Assembly (NCBI RefSeq): GCF_963921235.1
Contig: NC_086097.1
Span: forward strand, 84,136,001-84,200,000
Direction of reading: 5' to 3'
Origin: Mobula hypostoma
Taxonomy: Eukaryota
Length of the DNA stretch: 64,000 nt
Part shown: one piece after another, positions 48,561 to 62,731 of the stretch
How the letters are laid out: the number at the start of each line of letters is the position of its first letter
Position numbering within the stretch: the first letter of the stretch is position 1
The notes under the pieces: model-generated
What the model saw: the letters and a program-made list of their open reading frames with translations, nothing else
The model's database searches: none
What the model was told of the DNA's origin: nothing
Program-made: the position numbers and the translations under genes

Positions 48561-51500
48561 ATTTTGATCTTCTGGGTATAAAGGCGTGCATTTTCATTAA
48601 CCCTTTTAATTTCTTTCTGCTCCAGCCATTGGGATTTAATTATTTATGTAGTTAGACTTTTAAGCCTCTTTTGAGCCTCACTTGCTAACTTCTTGTTATT
48701 TAATAAGTACACTAAACTTTTTTAGACTCCTAAGTGAATGACTACACAATTTCCTTCTTTAAAATCAATTTGCTGCAATTTAGTCAATTTTCTGAATCTA
48801 CATTTTTCATCTACATTATACAAAGATGCTTTCCATCTACATTGCCTGCAACGATACCTCCTTTGAGTTATTGATAATCTTGTGTGCATAGCTTTCTATT
48901 TTACCATCTGATCCGTAATGGAAAAAGTGAATACTTCCAACAGGACACAGATTCTTGCATATCGTGTCCCACCAGTCACCAAGTTACCCTTTGCACTATT
49001 ATCCTTTGATGCTCAATATTATCCCAATCAGGCCATTAGTTCACCTTGACTTCCATAAACTCCAGTTTTTCTAGCAATATAAAAACTTATCATATTAGAG
49101 TTCATATCAATAACTTGCAAAGACTTTTACCCCTGCTTCAAAAATACAGGCAAGAAAATCCATCTCTTTACTAATTTTGGTTGTCTGATCAAAAGTGGTC
49201 ATGGTTGTTCAGACATTTTATCCTTTGTTATGAGGTCAGGTGATATCCATAGAATGGGTATTAGAATAACTGATCCATATACAATATTCCTTGGCTTTCC
49301 TTTCTCACCTTTCCAAAATAGCACAGTGACCTGCAAGATCTTCCAAATTAAAGGAATGTTTCTAGAATTGAGACAATTTTGAAGGATAACACTGGAGACA
49401 TCTGCAGTTCTCTTTTTGCATTTCCTTCAAAAGTTATACAAGATTTGTGCAGGCACTTGAGAAACAGTGAGGTGTTCTGCTAGGAATAGAAAAGGTTAAG
49501 GGGAGAGTAGCTGAAGTACTCGTAATTGTGAAAGAATTTGACAGAGAAACTTGTCTGGAAATTCATCATGGCTGGGTTGTGCTGTCAGCTGCAACTTGCT
49601 GACAGCTATGAGATGAAAACAGATTCAAAATTAGCTTTCAGAAGGGAAGCAAACGTATACTCAAAGAAAATAGTTGTAGAATGGTGGAGAAAGAGCAGGG
49701 GGGTTGGGACTTATGAGAAACCTGCAAAGAGTTGCACAGGAGTGGTGGAGTGAATGACTCCCTTCTGTGATGTATGGTCCCTGGCCCTTCAAAGTGGTAT
49801 TTGTACAGATTGTCCCTATGATTGCCACTGTTGTGTGAAATCATGGGTTGCAATTCCATCATTCACAACATTATGTTTAATTGGATATGATAGGAATACT
49901 GTCTATGAATGGCAAAGGGACAGGTAATTTCAGAGAGGCTAGAGAATTATAAAATGTATATGCTGTTCTCTCTGACTGTTTATTTATCCGTCACAAAACA
50001 TTGAGAGAAAGGCACCTTAAGACATGGCTTTATCTGTAACATCAGCACACTCATTACGTTCAATGTTACTTCAATTTGCCCATCTGATTTGACTTGAAAG
50101 ACAATAAAATGTGATAGTCAAGAAGCAAGAGCTGATACAAGGGTCATGATATAACAGAGAAGATAGATTGTACAGTTTGTTGAGCAAGAGAGAGGCATTA
50201 TGTTATGCTTAGTGAACCGGTCAGTATAAATTTCACAGAGACTTCAAAGCATCCCTCATGTATGGCTCATCAAATTGACAGCTCACATATTCGATGTGGA
50301 CTGGTTTATTCCAAAGTTTTGCTTTCCCCTTCAACTTCCTTTGAACCTGGAGCCAACAACAGGCTTTTGATCCTGGAGCCCAAATTCTGATTGGTTGGCT
50401 ATATAACTCTTAATAAATAACACAAATGGGAATCATATTCCGACTGTGTATTGCTAACTTGAAGCACCAGGAAAATGCCACAAATCTGCATTGCTGACGA
50501 CCCTCAATGCACCCGTCAATCCTTACATTTTCTTTTGTGTTTATTTGTAGTCTCAAATGGTAGAACGTAAGAGATAGAAATTTGTCCTCGGTCCTATATG
50601 TTAAGCATGAGATGTAATGGCATACACATTGTACACTGCTTCTCAAAACCAGTTCCACTAATTTTGTTAAAGTCCATTGCATTGCAAGCCTTTCATCTGC
50701 AGCTAGGATTGAATCTGTACCTCAGAAGACTCTGGAAGTCCACTGGCCACATCCTGTACACTCTAATTCCATGGGCATGGCTTCCTTACTTTCTGGATGG
50801 CATCTGTTAATCTCCCGAGACCATGGATCTGCACCTGGAAAGTCTTGCTTCAGTCTCTCCAGGGCGCAGGCCTGGGCAATGTTGTATGGAAGACCAGCAG
50901 TTGCCCAAGCAGCAAGTCTCCCCTCTCCACTCCACTGATGTTGTCTAAGGGAAGGGGAAAGGCCGATACAGCTTGGCACCAGTGACATCGCAGGAGTTGC
51001 CAGAGCGAGGTTGAAGGCAACGTCCGACTGCCTTAGGGATCCCAGCTCCAGATTTGTCCTCAGGGTTGACTCCCGAAGCCTTTCCCATGAGTGGGTATGG
51101 TCGCAAGGCAGCGGAGGTTTGAAATCAGAGTTTTCCCTCTCTTAGACGGATTGCCTTCCCAGGCTGACAAGCTCATTACTTGCTATTGCCCTCTTAAAAC
51201 ATTGAACTAAGAACCCTGACCCACCCTCTGGCTTCTTCGGGAGGCCCAGTTGCATCCTACACTTTTTTGACCAGTCCCTCAATATCCCACAAATAGGTGT
51301 GAATCCTCCTGTCACCTAAGTTCTGCTTTTTGGAGCCCTCTCTAACTTCTTTTCAGTGTTCTTTTCTCCTTACCTTCAAGGGCCCATCATGCTTTATCTC
51401 CACACAGCTTGTGATCCAATTTATATCCTGCTGCTTTCAGGGGCTCCAAACCACCTTTATGCCGTGAGCCCCCACCACTAACCGAGGGGTCCATCGGCCC

Positions 51501-52376
51501 CAGATCGGGATCCTCTGTAGCTTGACAGTAGCACCATGGGACATTTTACTGTCTCAAGCGTGTTGGAAAAACACGATTATTGTTGGGCCACAGGACATTT
51601 GGAAGCAAAGTTCATCAATCCCATCCACCATTCAGATCTAATGAGCCTAGGCACAAAGCTGTAGGTGGCACACATGAATCTAGCGGAGAAGCGGGTGAAC
51701 TTTGAGAATGGTGGGCTTGGTGCCAGTTAGACAGGCTTCCTTGTCCTGAATGGTGTTGAGATTCTTGCAGCTGCACCCGTCCTGGCAAGCGGAGAGCACT
51801 CCATCACAGTCATGACATGTGCCCTGTTGACGTTGGAAAGGTTTCGGATGGTCGGAAAAATGAGTCACTAACTATAGGACAACCAGCTTCTCGTTCCAAG
51901 GGAAGATTAGAGAACTGGGTAGAGGCTGGCATTCCCTGTGGAGAACTGCACCGGATGCCTTGGTGAGCTGGAACATCAGGTACGCAGGAAGGAAACATGC
52001 AGAATAGCAAGCCCTTTGCAGGGATGATTTGACAGGCGGTGCTCACTGCTCCTGTCAACATTCTTTTGTAAACGATCACAACTGAACACAGGTTCATCAT
52101 ACACATTCAACATTGCTTGGAGAATGGGCAGGAACTGTACTGAGCTACTAGGAGGAGAGGGTGGAGGAGTGGGTGAGAAGATCGTTCAGCAACATCTCCT
52201 CAATATGTTCAGGGAACAGCTCCCCCACCTGGACCTCAGATAGGGACAATGTGTGAGAATACCTACTCTTCAGTCTTCAGGGCCTCAGCTACCATGTACT
52301 GTAGTTACAGCTGCAACTTCAGAGCAGGCAAGGACCACATTGCCAAAGGTGAAGCTGGCAACGGGAACACTATTGA

Positions 52377-52668
52377 GCAACGCACATGGTGAACGCAGCA
52401 GGCCAGGCAGCATCTCTAGGAAGTGGTACAGTCGATGTTTCGGGCCGAGACCCTTCGTCAGGACTAACTGAAGGAAGAGCTAGTAAGAGATTTGAAAGTG
52501 GGAGGGGGAGGGGGAGATCCAAAATGATAAGAGAAGACAGGAGGGGGAGGGATGGAGCCAAGAGCTGGACAGGTGATTGGCAAAAGGGATATGAGAGAAT
52601 CACGGGACAGGAGGCTCAGGGAGAAGGAAAGGGGGGAGGGAGGGGAAAAAACCCTATAGTGTCCCAGA
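52377..52668 (-). mobile_element. Truncated PLE pLTR with hammerhead motif (52430-52465, AUC variant)
   Basis: Matches 7935-8200. TSD GGAACACTATTGA at 52364-52376 and 52669-52681. Confidence 0.88.
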
Positions 52669-52764
52669 GGAACACTATTGACCTTGGAGAACAACCTTGA
52701 ACAGCTCCAGGTGTAGTAGGTCTGGCCGCGACTGCATTCTCCTGTCTTCAGAGGGCTAAGGCAC

Positions 52765-53458
52765 CGGTGACCCCTGTTTCCATCCGGGGGTCAGTGTGGA
52801 CATGGTGGAGCATTACAAATACCTGGGGATATGAATTGACAATAAACTGGACTGGTCAAAGAACACTGAGGCTGTCTACAAGAAGTGTCAGAGCCGTCTC
52901 TACTTCCTGAGGAGACTGAGGTCCTTTAACATCTGCCGGACGATGCTGAGGATGTTCTATGAGCCTGTGGTGGCCAGTGCTATCATGTTGCTGTTGTGAG
53001 CTGGGGCAGCAGGCTGAGGGTAGCAGACACCAACAGAATCAACAAACTTATTCGCAAGGCCAGTGATGTTGTGGGAATGGAACTGGACTCTCTGACGGTG
53101 GTGTCTGAAAAGAGGATGCTATCCAAGTTGCATGTTATCTTGGACAATGTCTCCCATCCACTACATAATGTACTGGTTGGGCACAGGAGTACATTCAGCC
53201 AGAGACTCATTCCACCGAGATGCAACACAGAGCATGATAGGAAGTCATTCCTGCCTGTGGCCATCAAACTTTACAACTCCTCCCTTGTGGGGTCAGACAC
53301 CCTGAGCCAATAGGCTGGTCCTGGACTTATTTACATATTACTATTTAATTATTTATGGTTTTATATTCCTTTATTTATACTCTATTCTTGGTTGGTACAA
53401 CTGTAACGAAAACCAATTTCCCTCGGGATCAATAAAGTATGACTATGACTATGACTAT
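52765..53458 (+). mobile_element. Rex1/Babar LINE 3' fragment
   Basis: Reads YKYLG, QSRLYFLRRLRSF, NRINKLIRKA and SFLPVAIKLYN, followed by AATAAA and a (TATGAC)n tail. Confidence 0.88.
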
Positions 53459-54655
53459 ATAGCTGGCTGACGGAAAGCAGTAAGTCAATGGCGGAGTGGG
53501 AGAGTAGGGAAGGCAGCTGCTATCTTCTGTAGGGACAACAGAAATTCCTGCCTCTCAGTTAAACTTGCAATGCCAGGTGAAGAACTGCTGTGACAGACTG
53601 GATACTGTAAAGGGGCAGTGGGCTCATATTATGTGGTGCTGAGGTAATAATCATCTAGTGCAGGCTGGCCACAGCCTGTGTTGTAGGGAAGCTCTCATAT
53701 TGGCCATGGTACGATGCACCACAGCTGGATTAACAAATGGGCAAACGGGGGGGCCAACCACCACTTTCATATTGAGAAGAACGGACTCAGCTCTTTGCAA
53801 AATGCTATGCCGAATTGACGCCCTTTGGCATTGGGCATAGGCATTCTGGCAGGTTTTAACATGTCTTCCAGAGTCTGTCCATGTCCTTAAGAAGAGCAAG
53901 CTAACTTTAACCAGTTCTACTGACCCACAGATTTGGTTCTTTGTGGGTGCATCCAGCCGGGGAACAGTGCAGTTCCTAGCAGCTGGAAGCTGAGATTATT
54001 ATGATAGGTCAAACTTAGTGTATGGTCTACATTGTTAAAAGGGCACTGCACAGCCTTGATGACCTTCTGGGTTACTCTTTAGTAAAGCAAGGATGATTAA
54101 TCATAGATCTGATAGAGTTGGAAGAGATTTTGATGAGTTAATCTGAGAAAGACTATTTCCACTGGCAATTCATGATGTGGTATAAACTTAGGAAATTTAT
54201 GAAGGGAGAATAGATGTAATGACTGTTTAGAGGACTTTAGAATGTAGAATTCATTGCAAACTACAGTGAACGAAGATCGAGCATGATGGAAATAGATGTA
54301 CAAATGAAAAAGAAATTTAGAGCAAAGGAAATAGAATGGGATTAAATGAGAACCCCTTGGAGTGACAGAGCAAGTCATCCATCATAGAATTCTTTGAAAC
54401 CAGCACAAACACTGCCTTTTCCAAACTTTTCAATGTCGGGGCTAATAAAATGTGCAAAAAATATTCCTTTGCAAAAATAGGAACACACAATAAATTTTTC
54501 ATGAAATAGTCAAGGATGATTCCTGAGCTTTTAAAACTCATAAAATATGGTCGATGGTATCTCTGCCAGCACTTTAGCTATTAATATGTGTTTTTGACTG
54601 CAAGAAATTCTTGTGGCAACAGCTTGGGTTCCAGTTTACAGTCAGCAGCCTGTGT

Positions 54656-54670
54656 CCTGCAGGTGGCGCT
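54656..54670 (+). promoter_or_regulatory. Candidate CTCF site
   Basis: CCTGCAGGTGGCGCT has one mismatch to CCASYAGRKGGCRSY and lies in AT-rich, apparently unique DNA. Motif match only. Confidence 0.4.
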
Positions 54671-55793
54671 GATTATTCAAGTTTTTATTCATCCTAATTA
54701 ATTAAAGCCTTGGAGATACACAATTAGATACAGTAACAAGAGTTTTCGTTTACTTACCGAAGCAGTAAGTACTAAAACGTTTTACACTATTTATCAAGAT
54801 TTCTCTTCAGTGAACTGTAACTCACTGCTGCAGCACTTGGTTTTCTGACTTTCAATATTAATTTGGAAATCTTATAGCTGGAAGAGGTAAAGATGCTCAA
54901 AAGATGCCCAGAGGCAGTAAATTATTACTGGCTGTTGACGATTAAGTTATAAACTGATGTGAGCATGTACTATGATGAGTGTTAATGTGTACATTTGTAT
55001 GTTTATATGTTTGTGTGTGTGTGTGTTTTTAATATGTGCATGTTGCTGAGAAATTGTTTATACTTTAATGGGTGAACGTATGTGTCCATGCATGTTGGTA
55101 TGTGTGTATTACCTGTGTATTACATGTGTAGTTATCTGTTTCTTTTGTCAGAATGATTACATGTGATAATATGTATAGTGTATACATTTGTTGGTGTGAT
55201 TATGCATGTTTGTATTGAACTGAATTGACTTTATTACTTACATGCTTCATATACATGAGGATTAAAAATCTTTACATTACATCTCCGTCTAAATATGCAA
55301 TGTACAATTTATAGTAATTCATAATAACTAGTATGTACAACAGGAGAATCGATATAACATAGAAATACAGTTGTGTCAGCATGAATTAAGCAGCCTGATT
55401 AAGTAGTCCGTTATTATACACATTAAAGTGAGGGCTATTCTTTGGCGTGAGTGTGTTACTGTGTGTATTAAGGAGAATGTATGCATCTATCATTTAGAGT
55501 GTGTGTGTGTGTTAATGTGTACTCTAGTGTGAGTGGGTTAGTGAGTGTCCATTCTCCCTGTGGATTCTGCATAACAAATGACATAGTGGGGATCTCAAAT
55601 TTCATTGTGATTGTATATTCCTACTTCTAATTCATGATATTAGTGCAACTGCAGCAGGGAGGACTAACAATACAAACTTCACTTTCAAAGTTCAAAATGA
55701 ATTTATGATCAAAGTACTTATATGGCATCATATGCAACCCTGAGATTTGTTTCCTTGGGGACATACAGTACTATGCAGAAGTCTTAGGCACAT

Positions 55794-56733
55794 AGAAACA
55801 CAGAAAACCTACAGAACAATACAGGCCCTTCGACCCACAAAGTTGTGCCGAACATGTCCCTACCTTAGAAATTACTAGACTTCCCCCTAGCCCTCTAGTT
55901 TTCTAAGCTCCATGTATCTATCTAAAAGTCTCTTAAAGGACCCTATTGTATCCGCCTCCACCACCGTTGCCGGCAGCCCATTCCACACACTCACCACTCT
56001 CTGAGTAAAAAACTTACCCCTGACATCTCCTCTGTACCTACTCCCCAGCACCTTAAACCTGTGTCCTCTTGTGGCAACAATTTCAGCCCTGGGAAAAAGC
56101 CTCTGACTATCCACACGATCAATGCCTCTCATCATCTTATACACCTCTATCAGGTCACCTCTCATCCTCCGTTGCTCCAAGGAGAAAAGGCCGAGTTCAC
56201 TCAACCTGTTTTCATAAGGCATGCTCCCCAATCCAGGCAACATCCTTGTAAATCTCCTCTGCACCCTTTCCATGGCTTCCACATCCTTCCTGTAGTGAGG
56301 TGACCAGAACTGAGCACAGTACTCCAAGTGGGGTCTGACCAAGGTCCTATATAGCTGCAACATTACCTCTCGGCTCCTAAATTCAATTCCATGATTAATG
56401 AAGGCCAATATACCGTATGCCTTCTTAAACACAGCGTCAACCTGTGCAGCTGCTTTGAGCGTCCTATGGACTCGGACCCCAAGATCCCTCTGACCCTCTG
56501 CCAAGAGGCTTACCATTAATACTATATTCTGCCATCATACTTGACCTACCAAAATGAACCACTTCACACTTATCTGGGTTGAACTCCATCTGCCACTTCT
56601 CAGCCCAGTTTTGCATCCTATCAATGTCCCGCTGTAACTTCTGACAGCCCTCCACAACACCTCCAACCTTTGTGTCATCAGCAAACTTACTGACCCATCC
56701 CTCCACTTCCTCATCCAGGTCATTTATAAAAAT
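55794..56733 (-). mobile_element. CR1 3' fragment, same family as 42200-44215
   Basis: ORFs 55887-56516 and 56464-56772 (KFADDTKV, RGDLIEVYK). TSD CACAT at 55789-55793 and 56734-56738. Confidence 0.92.
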
Positions 56734-56897
56734 CACATGTAAAAAAATTCGGTAAAGCGAAGATGCTTTCAAAAATAATGAAATGAAAAGTTTCTAAATA
56801 TCAAAAATTTTAATATAAAGAGCAGTAAACAGTAAAACAAAACTAAATCAAATCAATATTTGGTGGGACCACTCTTTGCCTTTAAAACTTCATCAAT

Positions 56898-57560
56898 CGG
56901 GAGGAGAAGATGGCGGCGCGACGCAGCTCGCAGCGGCCACTCCGGTGGTGATGTCTGTTATTTGTCAAATAGGGTACCGTGCACAATCCTGATTTGATGG
57001 AGACGGACGTGAGAGCACGGAAGAACATCTGGTGAAACTTCTGAAATGCCTGCTTTGCTGCTGCTGCTACTGTGTGATCCTGAATCTCCGGAGGAGTAGG
57101 CCCCAAGTCCTCGGCTTTGCTTGTTGCTGGGACAGGGTCAAAGCACTCGGCAGAGGATGGTGCTCGGTGGGGCTGGTCAGAGGCTCGAAGTTTTCAGACA
57201 GACTCAGAGTTGGCTGCGGTCCGGTGATTCCAATGCATCGGCAAGTTGTCGGCGCTTAGAGGTGGATGGCAGGGAGAGTTTCTCCCTTCTGCCGCCTGCG
57301 TTAGATGATGAGTTGATCAGGACTTTGAGACTTTTTTTGACCATGCCCATGGTCTGCTCTTTATCAAATTATGGTATTGCTTTGCACTGTTGTAACTATA
57401 TGTTATAATTATGTGGTTTTGTCAGTTTTAGTCTTGGTTTGTTCTGTTTTTTTTGTGATATAATTCTGGAGGAACATTGTATCATTTTTTAATGCATGCA
57501 TTTCTAAATGACAATAAACGAGGACTGAGTGTCCTCATAATCTAATTTAATCTAATCTAA
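56898..57560 (+). mobile_element. Non-autonomous non-LTR retroelement with (TCTAA)n tail, copy 2
   Basis: Starts GGGAGGAGAAGATGGCGGCG, is collinear with 1357-2048, and ends TAATCTAATCTAA. Confidence 0.8.
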
Positions 57561-59256
57561 TTCTCTTGGGTACCCTGTCATATGATTTTATAAGAAAATC
57601 AGCTGATAGGTTGTTCCAGGCCTCTTGGAAAACTTGCCGCAGTTCTTCTGCAGATGTTGACTGTCTTGCTTGCTTCGTTCTCTCCAGTTAATCTCAAACA
57701 GCCTCGATGATGTTGAGATCAGGTCTCCGTGGAGGCCATACCATCAGAAATCATATAAAAATCTACAGTGCCTGAAAGGCCTTACCCAACAGGGTGGGCA
57801 ACCTGTGTACAAAAGACAACAAACTGAGCAGATGCAAAAGAAAAAAAATAACAATAAGTAAATAGCCAATAAAGATTGAGAACATTTGATGAGGAGTCCT
57901 TGAGAGTGATTTTTGTTTTCGGGGATGGTTTAGCATTTGGATGTTTTCAGATCTTCAGAGATTAAGTTTGCAGAATCAGCTAAGCCTTCACTTCATAGTG
58001 CTTGCTGAAACACCTGTTAATTTCTTTTTGCTATCCGGGCTGTGTATTTCCACACTAGTACTTAACTTTCCAGCAACCTAGACCATGCTTCTCTGAGTCT
58101 AAAACATCCAGTTTCTTAGGCCAAGCTAAGAAATTGCAGTAATTTTGATCTTAGAGTCCCTCAAGCGACAAAATGTATTTGTTAGGGTTTTCTCAAAGGA
58201 TAGTCAACATTTCATCAGCTAAGAAGATAGTATAATAAACAGCTAATAAAAACTGGCTCTTTTGTGTAGTGTTGCTGGCAGCACACAAAGTGGAAAAACG
58301 AGGATCACAGGTGTCCAGCAACAAGAGCTAGGTTTTACAGTGATCCCTGTCAAAAAGTGAATGCAGACAAATTCTCGGAGTGCCTTCAAATCATTGCCAG
58401 GCCAAACATTGAAGGCAGCTGTACAGCTAGTTTCTTGCAATCAAACTTCAAACCTTTACCGAACACCTTGCTTTAACCCTCAAACTCTGAAATGTTTCCC
58501 TGTGTTTCCTGTACCCAGCAACCCACCCTTCCCCCTCCAACAACCAAATGTCGAAAGAGGCCAAATATTTCTCCTTGCTCCCACTCCAAGTTTGACTGAT
58601 GCTTCTAATGGATGGACTTGAAGTAAATAGAGAGAGACAGATTTGTTTCATTTAGGATTAAAAGCTTGGCAAGTTTGCCTAAGAAAGAAATATGCAACAG
58701 ATTATAAGGATGGTTTTTGGGTGGAAGTTTGATGGAAAAAAAGATATATTTCTGTTAAAAATTCTCTTTCAATTTTGCTTGAAGTTCAGAAAAAGATTTA
58801 AGTTTGACTCTATATATTTAATGCATGTTGAAAAAGAAAAAAAGTTAATAAATGTGATGGATCTATACAGCATATTAGGTGTACCAGTACTGCTCTCAGG
58901 TGATCTAACTTTAGTAATCAGTCTCCAAAAATATCCACAGGATTTGGTCTTTCTTATGGACAGTGGTGACACAAGATAAAAGAAGAATAAGGTTATAGAG
59001 TCCTTGTATGACCTCTTGATCATCCAAGTGATATTTTTAAGTGTGTTCGCACTGTAAGAAATGTGACAATCCACAGAGAGCAAATTGAGGATCGTAAGGA
59101 AGCAGAGAGCGAAGTATAATTAAACTGAAAGGAATTCAGAAAGAGAGAGATGGTAAGGCACAAGAAAAGTAACAAAAGAAAATGGGAAATCTTGGCTTTG
59201 TTGCTCAGCCGAATGCGTTCTGCACCTATTAAACACACCATCTGGGCTCAGGAGAG

Positions 59257-59341
59257 GCTGAGCTGTTTTCCATTAGATATGGTCTTGAACAAACACAGGG
59301 TTGAAGCAAAGTGAAGTTGGTGGAACCTCTTAAACAGGTGG
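59257..59341. repeat. Diverged duplicated element, copy A (pair at 62732-62816)
   Basis: Ungapped 85-bp alignment with copy B, 59/85 identical by hand count. Function unknown. Confidence 0.75.
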
Positions 59342-59667
59342 ACTTCAATTGCTTTGGGCTCTACTGACAACAGATATAGTAATGCATTCATTCACAGTTC
59401 TCTGCCATTATTTTAACCAGGCCATCAGTAGATGCACTAAGGCAACAAATCACAGAATTTCAAGCAAATCATGACCAAAATTGATGGTAATCCGTACAGC
59501 TCAATTTCAATCCACAGAGGTGTCGATTTGTGCCTCTTGTCACTATAATTCTTCACCCTTGCTTTCTATTCCTCCAATCCCTGCAGTGTGTATTGCACTG
59601 GTTTTTGAGGCTCAAGGCTATGGATTTCAGCTCCACAACACCTATTGTTTCTGTGTTTCCTGTGTTA

Positions 59668-60398
59668 AGGCTGATTTATACTTGTGTGTACTAGCTTACG
59701 CCGCAGCCTACGCAAGTGGCCTACGCCGTTGTGAGCATTTATACTTGTGCTTTGGTGTGTCTGTGTCGCTCTGCAATTCACCGCCAAAACGCTAGTTGGT
59801 GGTGGGGTTTCTATGCTACTGTGTTGAGTTTCTTCGTGTTGAAACTCAACACGAAGAAACTCAAACTTCAAACAATGGCGACTGAAACTGAAGGAGGGTG
59901 AATTTTCTGTGCTTGTCTGGCCACTGAGAGACTTGGACGAGGAAATGCATTTCAAATATTTTCGGATGTCGGCAGGTAGATTTGACAATTTGGTTCATCG
60001 TCTCCAACCATTTATTTCGCATCAGTGTACGCACAGTATACTCAGAGACTGGCAATCACCTTTCGAGTTTTAGCTTCAGGTGGAAGTCAACAGGCTGTAG
60101 CAGCTCGCTACAAACTGGTGTCAAGCGCAGGGTCCTCCATAATTTCGGAGGTCTGTAAAGCTTTATGGAAAGCATTGCAGCCAGAGTTCCTTCCCTGCCC
60201 TTCAGTCGCCCAATGGCAAGCTACTGTAGCGTAGGAGGAAATGCGATGCTACCAAGCGGACCAATCACAGTTGTTGCGGTCTGCGACGCTGCGACGCGTA
60301 GTTACATTTTGGGAGAGATGTGCGTTAGGCTACGGCATAGGGTTCGTGGCTATGCCGTACCTACAGCGTACATTTGACGCACAAGTATAAATCTGCTT
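59668..60398 (+). mobile_element. PIF/Harbinger internally deleted element
   Basis: TIRs AGGCTGATTTATACTTGTG and CACAAGTATAAATCTGCTT, with TTA/TAA at the left flank. Transposase remnants read FKYFRMS and [16 protein letters not shown]...EVCKALW. Confidence 0.85.
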
Positions 60399-62731
60399 TG
60401 CATGTGTGCAGTTTCAATGCCAAATCCAGAAGCCCACAGTACCTGGTGGAAACTGGGAGAGTGAGACAATCCTAAAAGGGGAAAACCTGCAAGGGCAACC
60501 TAAATCCCAGTGATCCAGCTGGTGCCACATGTAGACCAGACAGGGAGAGGCCAGCGTTTAATAGCAGAATGAGGTAGATCTTAGTGCAAGAGCCTCCATG
60601 ACTGAGGCAATGTGATTGTCATGCGGGGGTTTCTGCCTTTGGCTCATTCTAGGCTGCCGACTGGAAAACCCCTGAATTTGGAACAACCCTGGGGGGTTAC
60701 AGGAACACTGCAATCAAGGAGAGTGATATTAATCTTCCACTGCAGAGCACAATAAGCAAATGCAGAGATTCTTATGGATTGTAGACTTCATGCCAGGAAT
60801 CGGCGACAGTACTTACAAACTGTAGATTACCAAAGTCAACTAGATCGCACTCCCTCAACATCCGAGTTAGCTATAACAACGTCACAAACAAATTTGCAGG
60901 CCAAATAAAGGTGGGTTGGGTGGGGGGGGGGTGAGTTGTGAGGAGAACACATAGAGTCTGTAAAAATACATGGATAGATTAATAGAGATACAGATTGCAA
61001 CTGCTGGAACCCAGAGTAACAAATCAAAAAGCTGGGGGAATTCGAGTGGTCAGGCAGCATCTGTGGAGGGAAAGTGGAAAGTCATCGCTTTGAGCTGACA
61101 CTTTTCATCTGGGGAGCCTTTACGCCAGAAAAAGGGTCATAACCTGAAATGTTGAATGTTCATTTCCCTCCTCAGATTCTGCCTGCCCTGCTGATTTCCT
61201 CTAATATTTTGATTGCTGGTGAGGATGGGCTAAGTAGTTTAAAGGGATATTGACAAGAACATGGCAGAGGAATGATGAGGTCATCCACTTTTGAGGAATG
61301 TTTGTGTATATGTAGAGATTATAGGATGCACGGGTGTCCTGTCTGTACATGAAACATCAAAAGTTAGTTGGCAGATAAAGTAAGTAATTTGGCAAACGAG
61401 TGGGAGGTTAGAAAACACTGCAGTACTTTGAACTGTTTTGGTCTCCTTATTTAATGAGAAGTGGAGCTGGATTGGAGGTAGTTCACAGGATTACAACAGA
61501 TTTGCATGGTGAGGGAAGTTTGTGCAGACGGGGTGAACTCCTGATATTCTGAGGAGGATGCTGAGAGGAGGTTTCGTTTTGTGGGTGAGTATAAAACACA
61601 GTGGCATCGTTTCAGAATAAGTTGCTGCACACTGAAGACAGGATGAGAAGGAAGTTCTTCTCTCAGAAGGTTGTGAACCTTTGGAATTCTCAGCCTTACA
61701 GAATTGAAGAGACAGAATCACTGAATATATTCAAGCATGAGAAATACAGGTCATTATCATTATGTGCCACGTCATATGAAGTGGGCGATCATGATCGTTC
61801 TTGGCAAATTTTTCTACAGAAGTGGTTTGCCATTGCCTTCTTCTGGACATTGTCTTTAAAAGACAGTGGATCCCAGCCATTACTAATACTCTTCAGAGAT
61901 TGTTTGCCTGCCATCAGTGGTCGCATAACCAGGACTTGTGATATGCACCAGCTGCTCATACAACATCCACCACCTGCTCCCATTTCTTCACGTGACCCTG
62001 ATCAGGAGGCTTTGCCAGTGCTACACCTTGCCCAAGGGTGACCTGCAGGCTAGCGGAGGGAAGGAGGGCTTTCCACCTCCTTTGCTAGAGATGTATCTCC
62101 ACTCTGCACTTCTGAGAGTTAAGGGAGCAGACAGGAAAATGGAATTGTGGATATAATCAGATTAATGATGATCATGTGGAATGGCAGAGCAGGACTGAGG
62201 GGCCACAGGACTTACCTCTACTCCTACTTCTTATCTTCTTTTGTTCCTGTAAGATCCAAAGGGTCAAGGAATGACTTCCAACCAACGTGCAGCCACAAAA
62301 CACGTCCCTTTGGAAGCTGCATGCTTGGCTTTGATTCCTAATAGAACTGAGACTAGCTGTTACACCAGTGTCATTTGGAAGTGTATCAAAGTGATTCTCA
62401 ACACAATCGATGAAATCATGGTGAGAGGGTCACACAAAGGATCCAGCTTGTGATCTGCACCAGATCAAATTAGGTTCACAACAGCCGCTGGTACCCAAGT
62501 TACTTATCTTCAATTATTTTATATTTGATACTTTGAGCACTTCATAAAGGGGTATGTGTTAGCGGACCTTTGGTCTGTCTTGCTGGAAAGTGGCCAAATG
62601 AAAGCAGTCCACTGGAAGCAAAGCAATAGTTGCTTGTGGGAAGCATTTATTAATATCAAAAGAAGAGTTTAGTCTTCTTGGTGGACGGAGTGGTTTCTCC
62701 ATCCAATTGGACCAGCGGAGCTAAGCAGGAG

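Noticed and set aside
54960..55550. GT/AT-rich tract as a functional element
   Set aside because: It looks like degenerate (TG)n low-complexity DNA with an embedded LINE tail.
60025..60234. Domesticated HARBI1-like gene
   Set aside because: It is a short fragment bounded by TIRs, lacks the DDE domain and is not in one frame.
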